Shown here: positions 22,496 to 35,203 of the stretch, in pieces | How the letters are laid out: each line of letters starts with the position of its first letter | Position numbering within the stretch: position 1 is the stretch's first letter | Source of the DNA: Anaeromyxobacter sp. | Lineage (GTDB): Bacteria > Myxococcota > Myxococcia > Myxococcales > Anaeromyxobacteraceae | Direction: 5' to 3' | NCBI GenBank assembly: GCA_049840735.1 | Contig: JASGJN010000020.1 | Location: 320,001 to 384,000 of the forward strand | DNA: 64,000 nucleotides | The notes under the pieces: generated by a model | The model's input: only the letters and a program-made list of their open reading frames with translations | What the model was told of the DNA's origin: nothing | Databases searched by the model: none | Translations under genes and position numbers: made by a program

Positions 22496-22963
22496 TCAGC
22501 GCGGGCGCCGCGCCCAGGCCAGCACGGCCCAGAGCACCAGGTACAGCACCCCGGCCGCCAGCGGCGCCACCACCGCCCAGGCCACCGCCGCCCGCGCGTT
22601 GGCGCCGGCGTAGCGGGCCAGCGTGGCCCAGCCGTCCGCCGCCACCTGGCGGCGCAGCTCGTCCAGCGTGAACGGCACCGGCGGCAGGCCGAAGAGCCTG
22701 GCCCCGGCGTCGAAGAAGGGCAGGAGCAGCCCCAGCTGCAGCGGATAGGCCACGTAGTTGGCCACCTGCAGCGCCGGCTGGTTGAGCCGCAGCGCCACCC
22801 CCACCGCCGCGCAGAGCAGCGTGGTGGTGCCCAGCACCGGGAACGCACCCAGGACCAGCCCCAGCGCCAGGGCCAGCGCCAGCCGCCGCGGGGTGACGCC
22901 CTGCGTGAGCTGTCGGGCCAGCGGCTCCAGCACCGCCCGCCGCAGGAAGCCGTCCTCCGCCAT
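22496..22963 (-). CDS. DUF2062-family membrane protein
   Basis: QGVTPRRLAL, FPVLGTTTLLC, LRLNQPALQVANY. Confidence 0.75.
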   Translation of the reverse strand: MAEDGFLRRAVLEPLARQLTQGVTPRRLALALALGLVLGAFPVLGTTTLLCAAVGVALRLNQPALQVANYVAYPLQLGLLLPFFDAGARLFGLPPVPFTLDELRRQVAADGWATLARYAGANARAAVAWAVVAPLAAGVLYLVLWAVLAWARRPR

Positions 22964-22969
22964 GCGCGG

Positions 22970-24157
22970 TCAGGCCCCCGCGCTCTGGGTCAGCAGCTCC
23001 TTCCAGCGGACCTGGGCGGCGCCGTTCAGGCCGTACGGCTGGACCAGCAGCGTGACGCCGCCGGCCTCGGGCCAGCCCAGCTTGACGCTGGCGAACCCCC
23101 GGAGCGGCGGATTGCAGGCGACCTTCATCTCCATGAGCAGGTTCTCCGGGACCGACTGCTTCCCGGTGATCATGGCGTGCGTCGCGCCGATGCCGAGCAG
23201 CTGGTAGCTGTACTCGCGCTCGCCCAGTTTGAGCACCACCGGCAGCGGCGGCGGCTTGGGCCCGTCGCGCCGCGGGGGCGGCTCCTGGGCCACCAGCGAC
23301 GGCTTGCCCACGCCCTGCCAGACCTCGGCGCTCTCGAAGGAGGCGATGAACCCGGGCAGCGTCTCCACCGTGCGGGCCACGGTGGCGCGCTCGTTGACGC
23401 CCAGCCAGGCGCAGGACTCCAGATCCTGCGCGGAGACGGAGGTCTGCTCGTGGAGCAGCGCCACCACGCGGTCCACCACCGCCACCAGCTCGACCATGGC
23501 GGGCTCGGCGGCGGCCGAGGCGCTCTCCGAGTGGTGGAGCGAGATCGAGTCGGCGATCACCTGCGGGAGGTCCCAGCGCGCCGCCATCACCACGCCCAGC
23601 TCGACGTGGTAGCGGTCCATGATCTCCACCCACTCCGCCTCGGTCTTGGGGGCCACGTCCTCGCGGCGGGCCAGCAGGTCCTCGATGCAGGCGATGGCGA
23701 CCACCTTGCCGAAGTCGTGCAGCAGGCCGGCGGAGAAGGCGACCTCGGGGGAGATCCTGCGCCCCTTGGCCAGGTCCTGCGCCAGCAGCGCCGAGGCCAG
23801 CGCGTCCAGCCAGACGCGGCGGCGGATGGGGGCCAGCTTGCCGTCGGACAACGCGTGGGCGCCCAGCCCGGAGGCCAGGGCCAGCCGGGCCACGTCCTTG
23901 GCGCCGATGCGCGAGACCGCGGCCTTGACGGCCGCGACCGGCGCGCCGCGCGCGTAGAGGGCGGAGTTGGCGCAGCGGAGGACGTCGGCGCCCAGCACCT
24001 GGTCGGACGAGACCAGCTTGGCGAGGTCCTCGAGCCCGTAGTCCTGCGAGCGGACCAGCGCCTCGATCTTGAAGGCGACGGCCGGGTACGGCGGCACCTT
24101 CACCGCGCCCTTGCCCACCAGTTCGACGATGGCCTTGTCGAGGTCGAGTTCGGACAT
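22970..24157 (-). CDS. HDOD-domain signalling protein with extra C-terminal domain
   Basis: PPYPAVA, DVLRCANSALY, AVSRIG, AGLLHDFGK, WDLP, HH. Confidence 0.85.
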   Translation of the reverse strand: MSELDLDKAIVELVGKGAVKVPPYPAVAFKIEALVRSQDYGLEDLAKLVSSDQVLGADVLRCANSALYARGAPVAAVKAAVSRIGAKDVARLALASGLGAHALSDGKLAPIRRRVWLDALASALLAQDLAKGRRISPEVAFSAGLLHDFGKVVAIACIEDLLARREDVAPKTEAEWVEIMDRYHVELGVVMAARWDLPQVIADSISLHHSESASAAAEPAMVELVAVVDRVVALLHEQTSVSAQDLESCAWLGVNERATVARTVETLPGFIASFESAEVWQGVGKPSLVAQEPPPRRDGPKPPPLPVVLKLGEREYSYQLLGIGATHAMITGKQSVPENLLMEMKVACNPPLRGFASVKLGWPEAGGVTLLVQPYGLNGAAQVRWKELLTQSAGA

Positions 24158-24173
24158 GCCCGGCGAGTCTACA

Positions 24174-25313
24174 TCAGATGGGCGGGCGGGTGCCGGCGCC
24201 ATACCCGGTCAGCTCGACGTACCCCTCGCCCGCTGGACGGCCGTCCGAACCCGTGAGTCGGACGGGCCCCTCCCAGTACGAGAGGCCGGGCGCCAGCGCG
24301 GAGACGTTCTCGGCCCCGGCCACCTCCGGCTCGACGGTGACGCGGATGCCCGCGCCGGGGACCTCGATCTCCCAGCCGGAGGGGTAGTCCGCGCCGGTTC
24401 GCGGGCTGCGCCAGCGCCCCCGCACCCGGACCGACCAGGCCTCCGGGCCCAAGAGCCGCACCGCCCCGTCGCGGTCCGCCAGCGTGGCGGTGGCGAAGTC
24501 GACGCCGCCGTCGCGCCGGCGCAGCACGTAGAGCATCAGGTCCCGCCCGTCGGCGAGCCGAAGGCTCCACCAGTCCCACCCCACCTGCTCGGGCGCGAGC
24601 TGCGACGAGCCGAACTCACGGTCGAGCCAGCTGGTCCCGCGCACGCGGTAGGTCCGCCCGCCGACCGTCAGCGTCCCCTCGGTCGCGAGACGTGGGTAGG
24701 AGTAGTACAGGCTGGCGTAGCCGGGCCGCGCCGCCTTGCGGCTGTAGCCGTTCGGCCCCTGCAGCACCCGCGGCTTCACCGGGCGCGCCTCCAGCGCCAG
24801 CCCCGCGCCGCGGGCCTGGTCGCGCGCCTCCAGCCTGAACCGCTCGGCGCCGTCCGCGCCCTCCGCCAGCTGCAGCGTCCAGCGCCCGTCGGTGCCGGGC
24901 GGCGCCTGCGCCCAGGCCAGCAGCGCCCGATCCGGCGCCGGGAAGCCGCCCAGCAGCGGCGCGGCGCGCCAGAGCACCTCGGCGAAGGTGTGGACCTGCC
25001 CGGCCACGTCGGTGATGGCCAGGTGGCCCATCACCGCCTCGCCGGTGGCCCAGGCGGAGTCGAGCGCCGGCGGCTGGGGCAGGAGCCCGACGCGGAAGAA
25101 GGTGAGCTGGACCCCGAAGCGCCGGCCGGGGGCGTCCAGCGCCTCGAGCGTGCCGGTGAGGTACCACCACTCGTTCCGGTGGCCGGGGTGGCCGTGGTGG
25201 TCGCGCGGGAAGGCCCAGCTCCAGGCCGGGTCGGCCGGGGTCCAGGGGCCGGAGGCCGCCGCCGGCGCGGCGGCCAGCAGGGCGGCCAGCAGCGCGGCGC
25301 TAGAGGGCATCAC
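24174..25313 (-). CDS. AttH/CrtC-like lipocalin-fold secreted protein
   Basis: FPRDHHGHP, EWWYLTG, SLYYSYPR, WLDREF, GWDWW, YWEG, GYVELTGY. Confidence 0.85.
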   Translation of the reverse strand: MMPSSAALLAALLAAAPAAASGPWTPADPAWSWAFPRDHHGHPGHRNEWWYLTGTLEALDAPGRRFGVQLTFFRVGLLPQPPALDSAWATGEAVMGHLAITDVAGQVHTFAEVLWRAAPLLGGFPAPDRALLAWAQAPPGTDGRWTLQLAEGADGAERFRLEARDQARGAGLALEARPVKPRVLQGPNGYSRKAARPGYASLYYSYPRLATEGTLTVGGRTYRVRGTSWLDREFGSSQLAPEQVGWDWWSLRLADGRDLMLYVLRRRDGGVDFATATLADRDGAVRLLGPEAWSVRVRGRWRSPRTGADYPSGWEIEVPGAGIRVTVEPEVAGAENVSALAPGLSYWEGPVRLTGSDGRPAGEGYVELTGYGAGTRPPI

Positions 25314-27822
25314 GCGAGAGCTCCGCCGCGGGCGTGCGGCTCGCGGCCAGCGCCGGGTAGAGGCTGGCCAGGGTCACGGCGGCCAGGATCACCGCGGCCT
25401 CGCCCAGCAGCGCGGTCCAGGGGACGTAGAGCCCCAGCGTCCAGCCGAACGAGGCCGGGTTGATGGCGGACACCAGCACCCAGGCCAGCCCGGCCCCCGC
25501 CGCCCCGCCCAGCGCCAGGCCCACCCACCCGACCGCCAGCCCGCGCCCCAGGAAGACGCGGAAGAGCTGCGCCCGCGATGCGCCCAGCGCCCGCAGCAGG
25601 GCCAGCTCGGCCCGCCGCTCGCGCGCCAGCACCAGCAGCGCCAGGGTCACGCCGGCGGCGGCGATGGCCAGCCCCATGGAGCGGAGCAGCCGGGTCACGG
25701 CGAAGGTCTCCTCGAAGATGGCCAGCACCTCGCGCCGGAGCGTGGCGTTGGAGCGGACCTGCAGCGCCGCCCCGGGCAGCGCGGCCCGCACCGCCGCCAC
25801 GGCCGCCGCGGGGTCGCGGCCGGGGGCCAGGTACAGCGCGGCGCTGGAGGGCTGCCCGGGGCCGAAGGCGCGGGCATAGGTCCCGAGGTCGAGCAGCACC
25901 GCGCCGCCCTCGCTGCCGTAGTCGCGGTAGACGCCCGCCACCGGGAAGGGCCGCTCCCCGGCCAGCGTGTGCAGCCGGAGCGTGCCGCCCGGCCCGAGCC
26001 CCGCCTTGCGCGCCAGCGGCTCGGAGACCAGCGCGCCGCCGGCGCGGAGCGCGGCCATGGCGGCCCGGCCGTCCCCGTCCAGCAGCGCCACCCGCCGCTC
26101 GCCGCCGGGCAGCGCGGCGTCGATGCCCGAGACGCTGACGCGCCGCCCGCCGGCCTGCTCCTGGTGCTGGCGCAGCCGGTCCACCGCCACCGTCCCGGGC
26201 ACGCGCGCCAGCGCCTCCAGCACCTCCGGCCCCAGCGTGGCCTCGCTGCGGGCGCGCCGCCAGGAGGGCGAGGTCACGTAGACGTCGGCGTGGAGCGTGG
26301 CGTCGAGCCAGCGGACCACCGTCTCGCGGAAGCTGCCCACCATCAGCGTCACGCCCACCAGCATGGCCACCGCCACCGCCAGCGCGCCGGCCGCCGGCGC
26401 GACGCCGGCCAGCCGGGCCCCGGCGGTGCGCAGCCCATGGCGCAGCCCCAGCCGCCGCGGCCGGCCGGTGCGGGTGAGCGCCCGCAGCCCGGCCGGCGCG
26501 GCCAGCGGCGCCGCCGCCAGCAGGCCGAGCGCCAGCGCGAAGCCCGAGCCGCTCCAGCGCGCGGCGAGCGCGGCGTGGACCGCGGCCCCCAGCGCCAGCG
26601 CCGCCAGCCCGGCCAGCAGCGGCCGCCGCGCACCCGCGCCGCCGCGCTCGTCCAGGGCCAGCGGCGAGAGGAGCGCGCGCGGGTCCTGCCGGCTGGCGTC
26701 CAGCGCCGGCCAGAGCGCGCCGGCCAGCGCGCCCAGCACCCCGGTGGCCACCGCCAGCGCCAAGAGCCCGGGCGTGAGCGTCACCCGGTCGATCCCCTCC
26801 AGCAGGTAGACGTTGCGCAGCGTCGAGGAGACCGCCCCCAGGTTGGCCCGCGCCGCCAGCCAGCCGAGCGGGATGCCGGCCGCGGTCCCCAGCGCGCCCA
26901 GCAGCGCCGCCTCCGCCAGCACCAGGCGCAGCACCTGGGCACGGGTGGCGCCCACCGCCCGCAGCACGCCCAGCTCCTCGCGCCGCCGCGCCAGCGAGGC
27001 GCGCACCGAGGCGTAGACCAGGAAGCCGCCCACCAGCAGCGAGACCAGCGAGAGCGCGGTCAGGTTGAGCCGGAAGGCCGCCAGCAGCCCCGAGGCCTCC
27101 ACCGTGCGCGCCTCCGGGGTGGTGACGCGGGCCCGGTCGCCGAGCCGCTCCTGCAGCCGCGCCGCCAGGTCGCCCGCCGCCACGCCCTCCCGCGCGGTGA
27201 CGTCCAGCTGGTGGATGCGGCCGCGCACGCCCAGCAGCCCCTGCGCCTGCGCCAGGTCCATCACCGCCAGCCGGCGCGAGGCCAGCGGCGCCACGCGCTG
27301 CAGGTCCACCAGCGCCCCCACCCACAGGCGCACGCGCCGGGCGCCCAGCGAGACGTCCACCGGATCGCCCACCCGCCAGCCGCGCTCCGCCGCCAGTGCC
27401 TGCGTCACCGCCACCCAGCCTGGCGTGCCCAGCGCGCCCTCCAGGGCGCCCTGCTGCAGCGCCCAGGGGCGCTTCGACGGCGCCAGCAGGTCCACCCCCA
27501 CCAGCTCCAGCGTCCCGCCGTCCGTCCCCTCCAGCGCCGCGTCGGCGCGCCAGAGCGGCATCGCCCCGGCCACGCCGGGCGTGCCCAGCACCTCCGGCAG
27601 CAGCGCCTCGTCCAGCCCGCCGGACCAGCCCAGCACGGTCACGTCCACGTCGCCGGAGACGGCCCGGACCGTGCCGCTGAAGGCGCCCACCGCGCCGGCG
27701 TCGAGCAGCTGGATGGAGAGGACCGCGGCCACGCCCAGCGCCACGCCCGCCACCGCCAGGGCGAACAGCGCCCGCGCCGACCGCAGCTCCTTCAGCAGCG
27801 CGCGCAGCAGGTAGCGGCGCAT
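25300..27822 (-). CDS. FtsX/MacB-type ABC transporter permease (AttFG-like)
   Basis: Two FtsX-like repeats (RREELGVLRAVGA, RRAELALLRALGA) and INPASFGW. Confidence 0.88.
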   Translation of the reverse strand: MRRYLLRALLKELRSARALFALAVAGVALGVAAVLSIQLLDAGAVGAFSGTVRAVSGDVDVTVLGWSGGLDEALLPEVLGTPGVAGAMPLWRADAALEGTDGGTLELVGVDLLAPSKRPWALQQGALEGALGTPGWVAVTQALAAERGWRVGDPVDVSLGARRVRLWVGALVDLQRVAPLASRRLAVMDLAQAQGLLGVRGRIHQLDVTAREGVAAGDLAARLQERLGDRARVTTPEARTVEASGLLAAFRLNLTALSLVSLLVGGFLVYASVRASLARRREELGVLRAVGATRAQVLRLVLAEAALLGALGTAAGIPLGWLAARANLGAVSSTLRNVYLLEGIDRVTLTPGLLALAVATGVLGALAGALWPALDASRQDPRALLSPLALDERGGAGARRPLLAGLAALALGAAVHAALAARWSGSGFALALGLLAAAPLAAPAGLRALTRTGRPRRLGLRHGLRTAGARLAGVAPAAGALAVAVAMLVGVTLMVGSFRETVVRWLDATLHADVYVTSPSWRRARSEATLGPEVLEALARVPGTVAVDRLRQHQEQAGGRRVSVSGIDAALPGGERRVALLDGDGRAAMAALRAGGALVSEPLARKAGLGPGGTLRLHTLAGERPFPVAGVYRDYGSEGGAVLLDLGTYARAFGPGQPSSAALYLAPGRDPAAAVAAVRAALPGAALQVRSNATLRREVLAIFEETFAVTRLLRSMGLAIAAAGVTLALLVLARERRAELALLRALGASRAQLFRVFLGRGLAVGWVGLALGGAAGAGLAWVLVSAINPASFGWTLGLYVPWTALLGEAAVILAAVTLASLYPALAASRTPAAELSRDAL

Positions 27823-27826
27823 GGGG

Positions 27827-28504
27827 CTAGGCCTCCAGCCGCCCGTCGTGCAGCGTCCAGGTGGCGTCGGCCAGCGCCGCCAGCTCGCGGCTGTGGGTGA
27901 CGTAGAGCAGCGCCCCGCCCTCCTCGCGCGCCAGCGCCAAGAGGAGGTCCATCACCACCTGGCCGGTGGCCTCGTCCAGGTTGCCGGTGGGCTCGTCGGC
28001 CAGCAGCAGCCGCGGGCGCCGCAGCAGGGCCCGGCAGAGGGCCACCCGCTGCTGCTCGCCGCCGGAGAGCGCCTGCACCAGGTCGTCGCGGCGGGCGCCC
28101 AGCCCCACCCGCTCCAGCAGCGCGCGGGCCCGCGCCTGCGCCGGGCGGGGCGGGTCGCCGGCCACCAGCGCCGGGACCAGCACGTTCTCCTCCAGCGAGA
28201 GGTGCGGCAGCAGGTGGAAGAACTGGAACACCAGCCCCATGTGGTCGCGCCGGGCCCGGGTCCGCTCGGCGTCGGAGAGCGCGCCCAGCGGCTGCCCCAG
28301 CAGGATCACCTCGCCGGCGGTGGGCGCGTCGATGCCGGCGGCCAGGTGGAGCAGCGTCGACTTGCCGGAGCCGCTCCGGCCGGTGACCGCCACCGCCTGG
28401 CCGGCCTCGACCTCGCCGGAGACGCCGCGCAGGACGGGCAGCGGCGCCCCGCCGGCCCTGGGGTAGGTGCGCTGGATGTCACGGAACGTGATGACCGGGG
28501 CCAT
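27827..28504 (-). CDS. ABC transporter ATP-binding protein (LolD/MacB-like)
   Basis: Walker A GRSGSGKST, LSGGEQQR, LLADEPTGNLD, VTH. Confidence 0.92.
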   Translation of the reverse strand: MAPVITFRDIQRTYPRAGGAPLPVLRGVSGEVEAGQAVAVTGRSGSGKSTLLHLAAGIDAPTAGEVILLGQPLGALSDAERTRARRDHMGLVFQFFHLLPHLSLEENVLVPALVAGDPPRPAQARARALLERVGLGARRDDLVQALSGGEQQRVALCRALLRRPRLLLADEPTGNLDEATGQVVMDLLLALAREEGGALLYVTHSRELAALADATWTLHDGRLEA

Positions 28505-28581
28505 GATGCCCCGGGGAGATGGCGGCCCGGGGCGCGCCGGGCAATCGAATCGACCGGCGCGAGGTCGCCGAGGCGGCGGAT

Positions 28582-29373
28582 TCAGCGGCGCGCGGGCGCC
28601 GGCGGGCCGGCGCGGGGTGCGGCGCGCACCCTGGACGAGCCGGCGGAGAGCCCGGCCGCAGCCAGGATCCGGGCCCGCGCCGCGGCCGGCAGGCGCTTCA
28701 CCGCCTCGCGCACGGTGAGCGGAGCCGCCCGGGCCGCGCGCGGCTCGAGCCAGGCGATCACGCCCTCGGGGTCCGCCTTGGAGGCATCGCGCAGCACCCA
28801 GCCGATGGCCTTGCGGATGAAGAACTCTCCCTCCCCGAGCAGCGGATCGGCCAGCCGCCCGAAGGCCGCCAGGTCTCCCCGCCCCTCCCGCAGCGCGATC
28901 AGGTGGGCCAGCAGCGCCGCGCGGCGGATCCAGAAGTCCGGGTCCTTGCCCCAGGCCGGCAGCTTGCGCCCCAGCGCCGGGTGGCGCTCCGCCAGCGGCC
29001 CGAGCACCGAGGCGGCCAGGTTGTCCACCAGCGCCCAGGTGCGGCTCTCGCGGATGAGCCGCTCCAGCAGCGGGAGGTCGCGCGGCCCCAGCAGCCCGGG
29101 CCGGGCCTCCAGCAGCTCCACGGCCGCGGCGCGGCACTCGTGGATGGGGCGGGCCCAGAGCGCCTCCACCAGCGCCACCAGGCCGGCGTGGTCGAGGTCC
29201 TGGCCAGCCAGGAAGGTCCGGACCACGCGGCGGGTGGCCGGGACGCTCACGCCCAGGTGATCGAGGCTGCTCTTGAGGTAGCGCTTCTCCTGGTCGGCGC
29301 GCTCCGGGTGGCCCTCGGCCCGGAGCGCCCCCTCCAGCGCGCGGGCCTGCGCGCGGCTCTCGGCGGTGCTCAT
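28582..29373 (-). CDS. AlkD-like DNA alkylation repair protein
   Basis: YLKS, WALVD, FWIRR, EFFIRKAIGWVLR. Confidence 0.85.
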   Translation of the reverse strand: MSTAESRAQARALEGALRAEGHPERADQEKRYLKSSLDHLGVSVPATRRVVRTFLAGQDLDHAGLVALVEALWARPIHECRAAAVELLEARPGLLGPRDLPLLERLIRESRTWALVDNLAASVLGPLAERHPALGRKLPAWGKDPDFWIRRAALLAHLIALREGRGDLAAFGRLADPLLGEGEFFIRKAIGWVLRDASKADPEGVIAWLEPRAARAAPLTVREAVKRLPAAARARILAAAGLSAGSSRVRAAPRAGPPAPARR

Positions 29374-29426
29374 GGCGCCAGTGTAGCCGGCCCGCGCACC
29401 GGCTGGCGGTGCTAGAAGTGCGGCCG

Positions 29427-30542
29427 ATGATCACCGCCCTCGCGCTCGCGCTTTCCCTCTCCCAGTCGCAGCCCCCCGGCCCCGCGCCCCTGCCCACCCG
29501 GCCCCCCACCGCGGCCACGCCCGCGCAGGAAGCGCCGCCCGCCGGCCCCGCGCCCATCCCGGAGGCGCTGCCCGCCGGCGCGCTGCGCGACTGGTACCCG
29601 GCGCCGGAGCCGTTCCGCGAGGGCTGGCTGGAGGTCTCGAAGCTCCACACGCTCCACTACGAGCTGTCCGGCAACCCGCAGGGCCATCCGGCGATGGTGC
29701 TCCACGGCGGGCCGGGCGGCGGCGCCTCCCCGTCGCTGCGGCGCTACTTCGACCCGGAGAAGTGGCTCATCGTCCTGCACGACCAGCGCGGCGCCGGACG
29801 GAGCAAGCCCTTTGCCGAGCTGCGGGAGAACGACACCGCAGCGCTGGTGGAGGACGTGGAGAAGCTGCGGGCCGCCCTGGGCCTGGAGAAGATGCTGGTG
29901 GTGGGCGGCTCCTGGGGCTCGACCCTGGCGCTGGCCTACGCCGAGAAGTACCCGCAGCGGGTGGCCGGGCTGGTGCTGCGCGGCGTCTTCACCTGCACCC
30001 GCGGGGAGATCGACCACTTCTACCACGGCGGCACCGCGCCCTTCTTCCCCGAGACCCACGCCGCGCTGCGGGCCGTGATCCCACACCCCGAGCGCAACGA
30101 CTGGCCGCGCCAGCTGCTCCGGCTCATGACCTCCGGCGACGCCGCCGTCCGCGACCGGGCCGTGCACGCCTGGGCGCTCTACGAGACGCGGATGTCGCGG
30201 GTCGGCCTGACGCAGGCCGAGGCGGAGCAGCAGCTCCAGGGCTACGACGCGCTGGCCTTCTCCACCATCGAGAACCACTACATGGCCAGCGGCTGCTTCC
30301 TGCGCGAGGGGCAGCTCCTGCGCGACGCGAGCCGGCTGGCCGGCATCCCGCTCATCATGGTGCAGGGGCGCTACGACGTGATCTGCCCGCCCATCTCCGC
30401 CTGGCGGGTGCAGCAGGCCGTGCCCGGCGCCCGGCTCTGGCTCGTGGAGGACGCCGGCCACTCCGGCGGCGCGGAGCCGGTGAGGAGGGGGCTGGTCGAG
30501 GCGGTCCGGCAGATGGAGGCAGTGGTCGCGGCGCCGCGGTAG
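29427..30542 (+). CDS. pip: Proline iminopeptidase (S33) with signal peptide
   Basis: LHGGPGGG, DQRGAGRS, GGSWGS, VQGRYDVICP, AGHS. Confidence 0.92.
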   Translation: MITALALALSLSQSQPPGPAPLPTRPPTAATPAQEAPPAGPAPIPEALPAGALRDWYPAPEPFREGWLEVSKLHTLHYELSGNPQGHPAMVLHGGPGGGASPSLRRYFDPEKWLIVLHDQRGAGRSKPFAELRENDTAALVEDVEKLRAALGLEKMLVVGGSWGSTLALAYAEKYPQRVAGLVLRGVFTCTRGEIDHFYHGGTAPFFPETHAALRAVIPHPERNDWPRQLLRLMTSGDAAVRDRAVHAWALYETRMSRVGLTQAEAEQQLQGYDALAFSTIENHYMASGCFLREGQLLRDASRLAGIPLIMVQGRYDVICPPISAWRVQQAVPGARLWLVEDAGHSGGAEPVRRGLVEAVRQMEAVVAAPR

Positions 30543-30572
30543 GAGCTGCTCGCGCGAGCGGGTTCCCCGGAA

Positions 30573-30625
30573 CCGTTCGGCCTGGGCGTAGGGCCCGCCC
30601 TCGGGCGGGCCCGGAGTCGAAGGCC
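30573..30625. repeat. REP-like element (reverse orientation)
   Basis: CCGTTCGGCCTGGGCGTA-GGGCCCGCCC/GGGCGGGCCC-GGAGTCGAAGGCC between convergent pip and acs. Confidence 0.88.
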
Positions 30626-30643
30626 AGGTGTGGTGCGATCCCC

Positions 30644-32597
<1,954 letters not shown>

Positions 32598-32748
32598 GAG
32601 GCACCTCGGGGACGAGGCGCGGCAGGAGCCGCCGCGCCGGGGAAGGGGTCGATGCTAGCCGACCCGCCCCCGTGCGGCGCAAGGCCGCAGGCTCACCCGG
32701 TTGGGGCGACGGGCGCCCGCCCCCTGACGTCCGAAGCCTGCGCTGGGG

Positions 32749-35182
32749 TCACTGCGCGTAGCCGGCGCGCGCCAGCAGCGTGGCCTCGTCGAACCAGAGG
32801 TTCCGCGCCAGGCTGGCCGCGGTGTCCCGGTCGAGCGTGACCAGCGTCGACCCGGCCCAGTTCCAGAGCCGGTTCTGCGCGTCCCACAGGTCGATTCTGC
32901 AGCCCCAGCCGGCGCGCCAGCCCCAGCACCGCGGCCAGCTCCGCCGCGCGCGCCGCCGGGGCCTTCCCCGCCAGCAGCGCCGAGAGCCGCTGCGAGACCA
33001 GCGCCTCCACGTCGCGCCGGACGGGCGGCAGGTTGAGGTGCGCCCCCAGCCGGCGGGCCAGCTCCACCGTGGAGGCCAGCTCGGCCTCCGCCGAGGCCAG
33101 GTCGACGGCGTCGGCGCGGGCCGCGCCGGTGACGCGCAGCAGCCGGCGGGTGAGCGTCACGTCGGCGGCGACGCGCAGCGGCCCGGGCACCGGCGAGTCG
33201 ATGGTGCGCAGGAACTCCATCAGCCGCCGGTTGTCCTCGAAGATGGCCAGGTAGTCGTCCTCGTACCGCTGCATCGTCCCCTCGAGCAGCACCGCCGCCA
33301 CGTCGCGGCGCTCGTCGAGGAAGAGGTCGCCCAGGCCGTAGTCGCGCCCGGGGAAGTAGCGGTCCACCTCGCGCAGCAGCTGCGCCAGCGAGGCCGACGG
33401 GGAGCGGGCCAGCAGCGCCCCCTCGACCTCGGCCAGGTGCTCGTGCCCGCGGTAGGGGGTGAGGCCGGTGCGGAAGTCGGCGGCGCCGAAGTGGAGCACG
33501 CAGTAGAGCGCGTCCATCCGCTCGCGGGTGAGCAGGTGCTCCAGCTGCAGCCGGCCGATGGCCAGCGAGACCGGGCCGGACTGCGCGGCGCGCCGCCCCT
33601 CCAGCCTGTAGCTGTAGCAGAAGACCCGGCCGGCGTCGGGCACCGGCCGGACCGAGCTGGCGATGGCCAGGTGGGCGCCCACGCCCTCCAGCGTCACCAC
33701 GCTGGGCTTCACCAGCGCCTGGTAGACGCGGCGCCCGTCGCCGATGGCCGGGTCGTTGGAGGGGGCGCGGGCCAGCGCCGCCTCGAAGCCCGGCTCCAGG
33801 TCCAGGCCCACCAGGTCGCGGGCCAGCTGGATGGCGCGGGCGGCGTACTTGAGCACCTGCACCGTCTCGATGCCGGAGAGCTCGGAGAAGAACCAGCCGC
33901 AGCTCGTGTACATGAGCAGCGACTGCCGCTCCAGCTCCAGCAGGCGCAGCGCCCGCACCTGCTCGTCGGCGGGCAGCACCCGGCCCGCCTCGCGGCGCAG
34001 CCAGTCGGCCACCTCCCGCCGCTCCGGATCCAGCACCAGCTCCACGTAGCGATCCCGCGCCAGCCACGGGTCGGCGAAGATGGGCGCCGCCGCCCGCTCG
34101 TAGATCCCGTCCAGCTTGTCGCGCAGCTCGTCCAGCGCCGCGCGCAGCGGGCCGCGCCAGTGCTGCCGCCAGCCCGGGCCGCCGCCGGTGTGGCAGCCGC
34201 AGTCGGAGCGCCACCGCTCGATGCCGTGCGCGCAGCTCCAGCTCGAGCCCTCGGCGATCTCCGCCTCCCACTCGGCCGGGACCCGGTCCAGCGCCTGGCC
34301 CAGGTTGACCACCTCGAGATCCGTGCGCTTGGCCAGCATCCGGAGCGCGCCGGCCAGCACCTCGTCGCCGCCCTTCTTGTGGTGGCCCAGCGTCTCGCCG
34401 TCAAAGGCGATGGTCAGGATCTCGTCGTGCTCGCGCCCCGGGTCGAAGCCGGCGGTGAGCCGGTCGATGAGCGCCTGCGGCGAGCCGAGCGCGCCGCCGA
34501 AGGCCAGGTCGCGCGCGATGTGGCCGTCGTAGAAGAAGACCACCAGCTCCTGGTCGCCGGCCTTGACGCGGTACGGGCGCGTGGGATCGAAGCGGGCGTC
34601 GCGCGCGTCCTGCCACTCGCCGCCCGGCGCCCGCACGCGCACGCACTGGTAGGGCGAGAGGACGGTGTAGCGGATCCCCTCCTCCACCAGCGCGGCCAGC
34701 GTGGGCGTGTCGGCCGCCGTCTCCGGCAGCCAGAAGCCGTCCGGCGCGCGGTGGAAGCGGCGCCTGAAGTCGGCGATGCCCCAGCGGATCTGCGTGCGCC
34801 GGTCGCGGGGGGAGGCCAGCGGCAGGATGGCGTGGTTGTAGCCCTGGGCCAGCCCGTTGCCGTGCCCGCGCCCCTCCTGGCTGCGGGCGTCGGCCTCCAC
34901 CACGCGCGCGTAGGTCTCGGGCCGGTGGCGCTCCAGCCAGGCCAGCAGCGTGGGGCCGAAGTTGAACGAGAGGTGAAGGTAGTTGTTGACGATGTCGGCG
35001 ATGCGGTCGCCGGCGTTCTTGACGCGCGCGGCGCCGTTGGGCCCGTAGCACTCCACGGCGATCCGCTCGTTCCAGTCGTGGAAGGGCTCGGCGGAGTCCT
35101 GGACCTCGATGGCCTCGATCCAGGGGTTCTCACGGGGGGGCTGGTAGAAGTGGCCGTGGAGGCAAAGCAGTCGGCGCGACAT
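32749..35182 (-). CDS. GH57/DUF3536 glycoside hydrolase; frameshift at 32893-32897
   Basis: HGHFYQPPRENPW, SFNFGPTL, FWLPETA, DGETLGHH, SSWSCAHG, MYTSCGWFF; corrected C-terminus ...QIDLWDAQN...GYAQ*; AAGGAG RBS. Confidence 0.88.
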
Positions 35183-35203
35183 GTGCTCCTTCATCGGTGA
35201 CTC

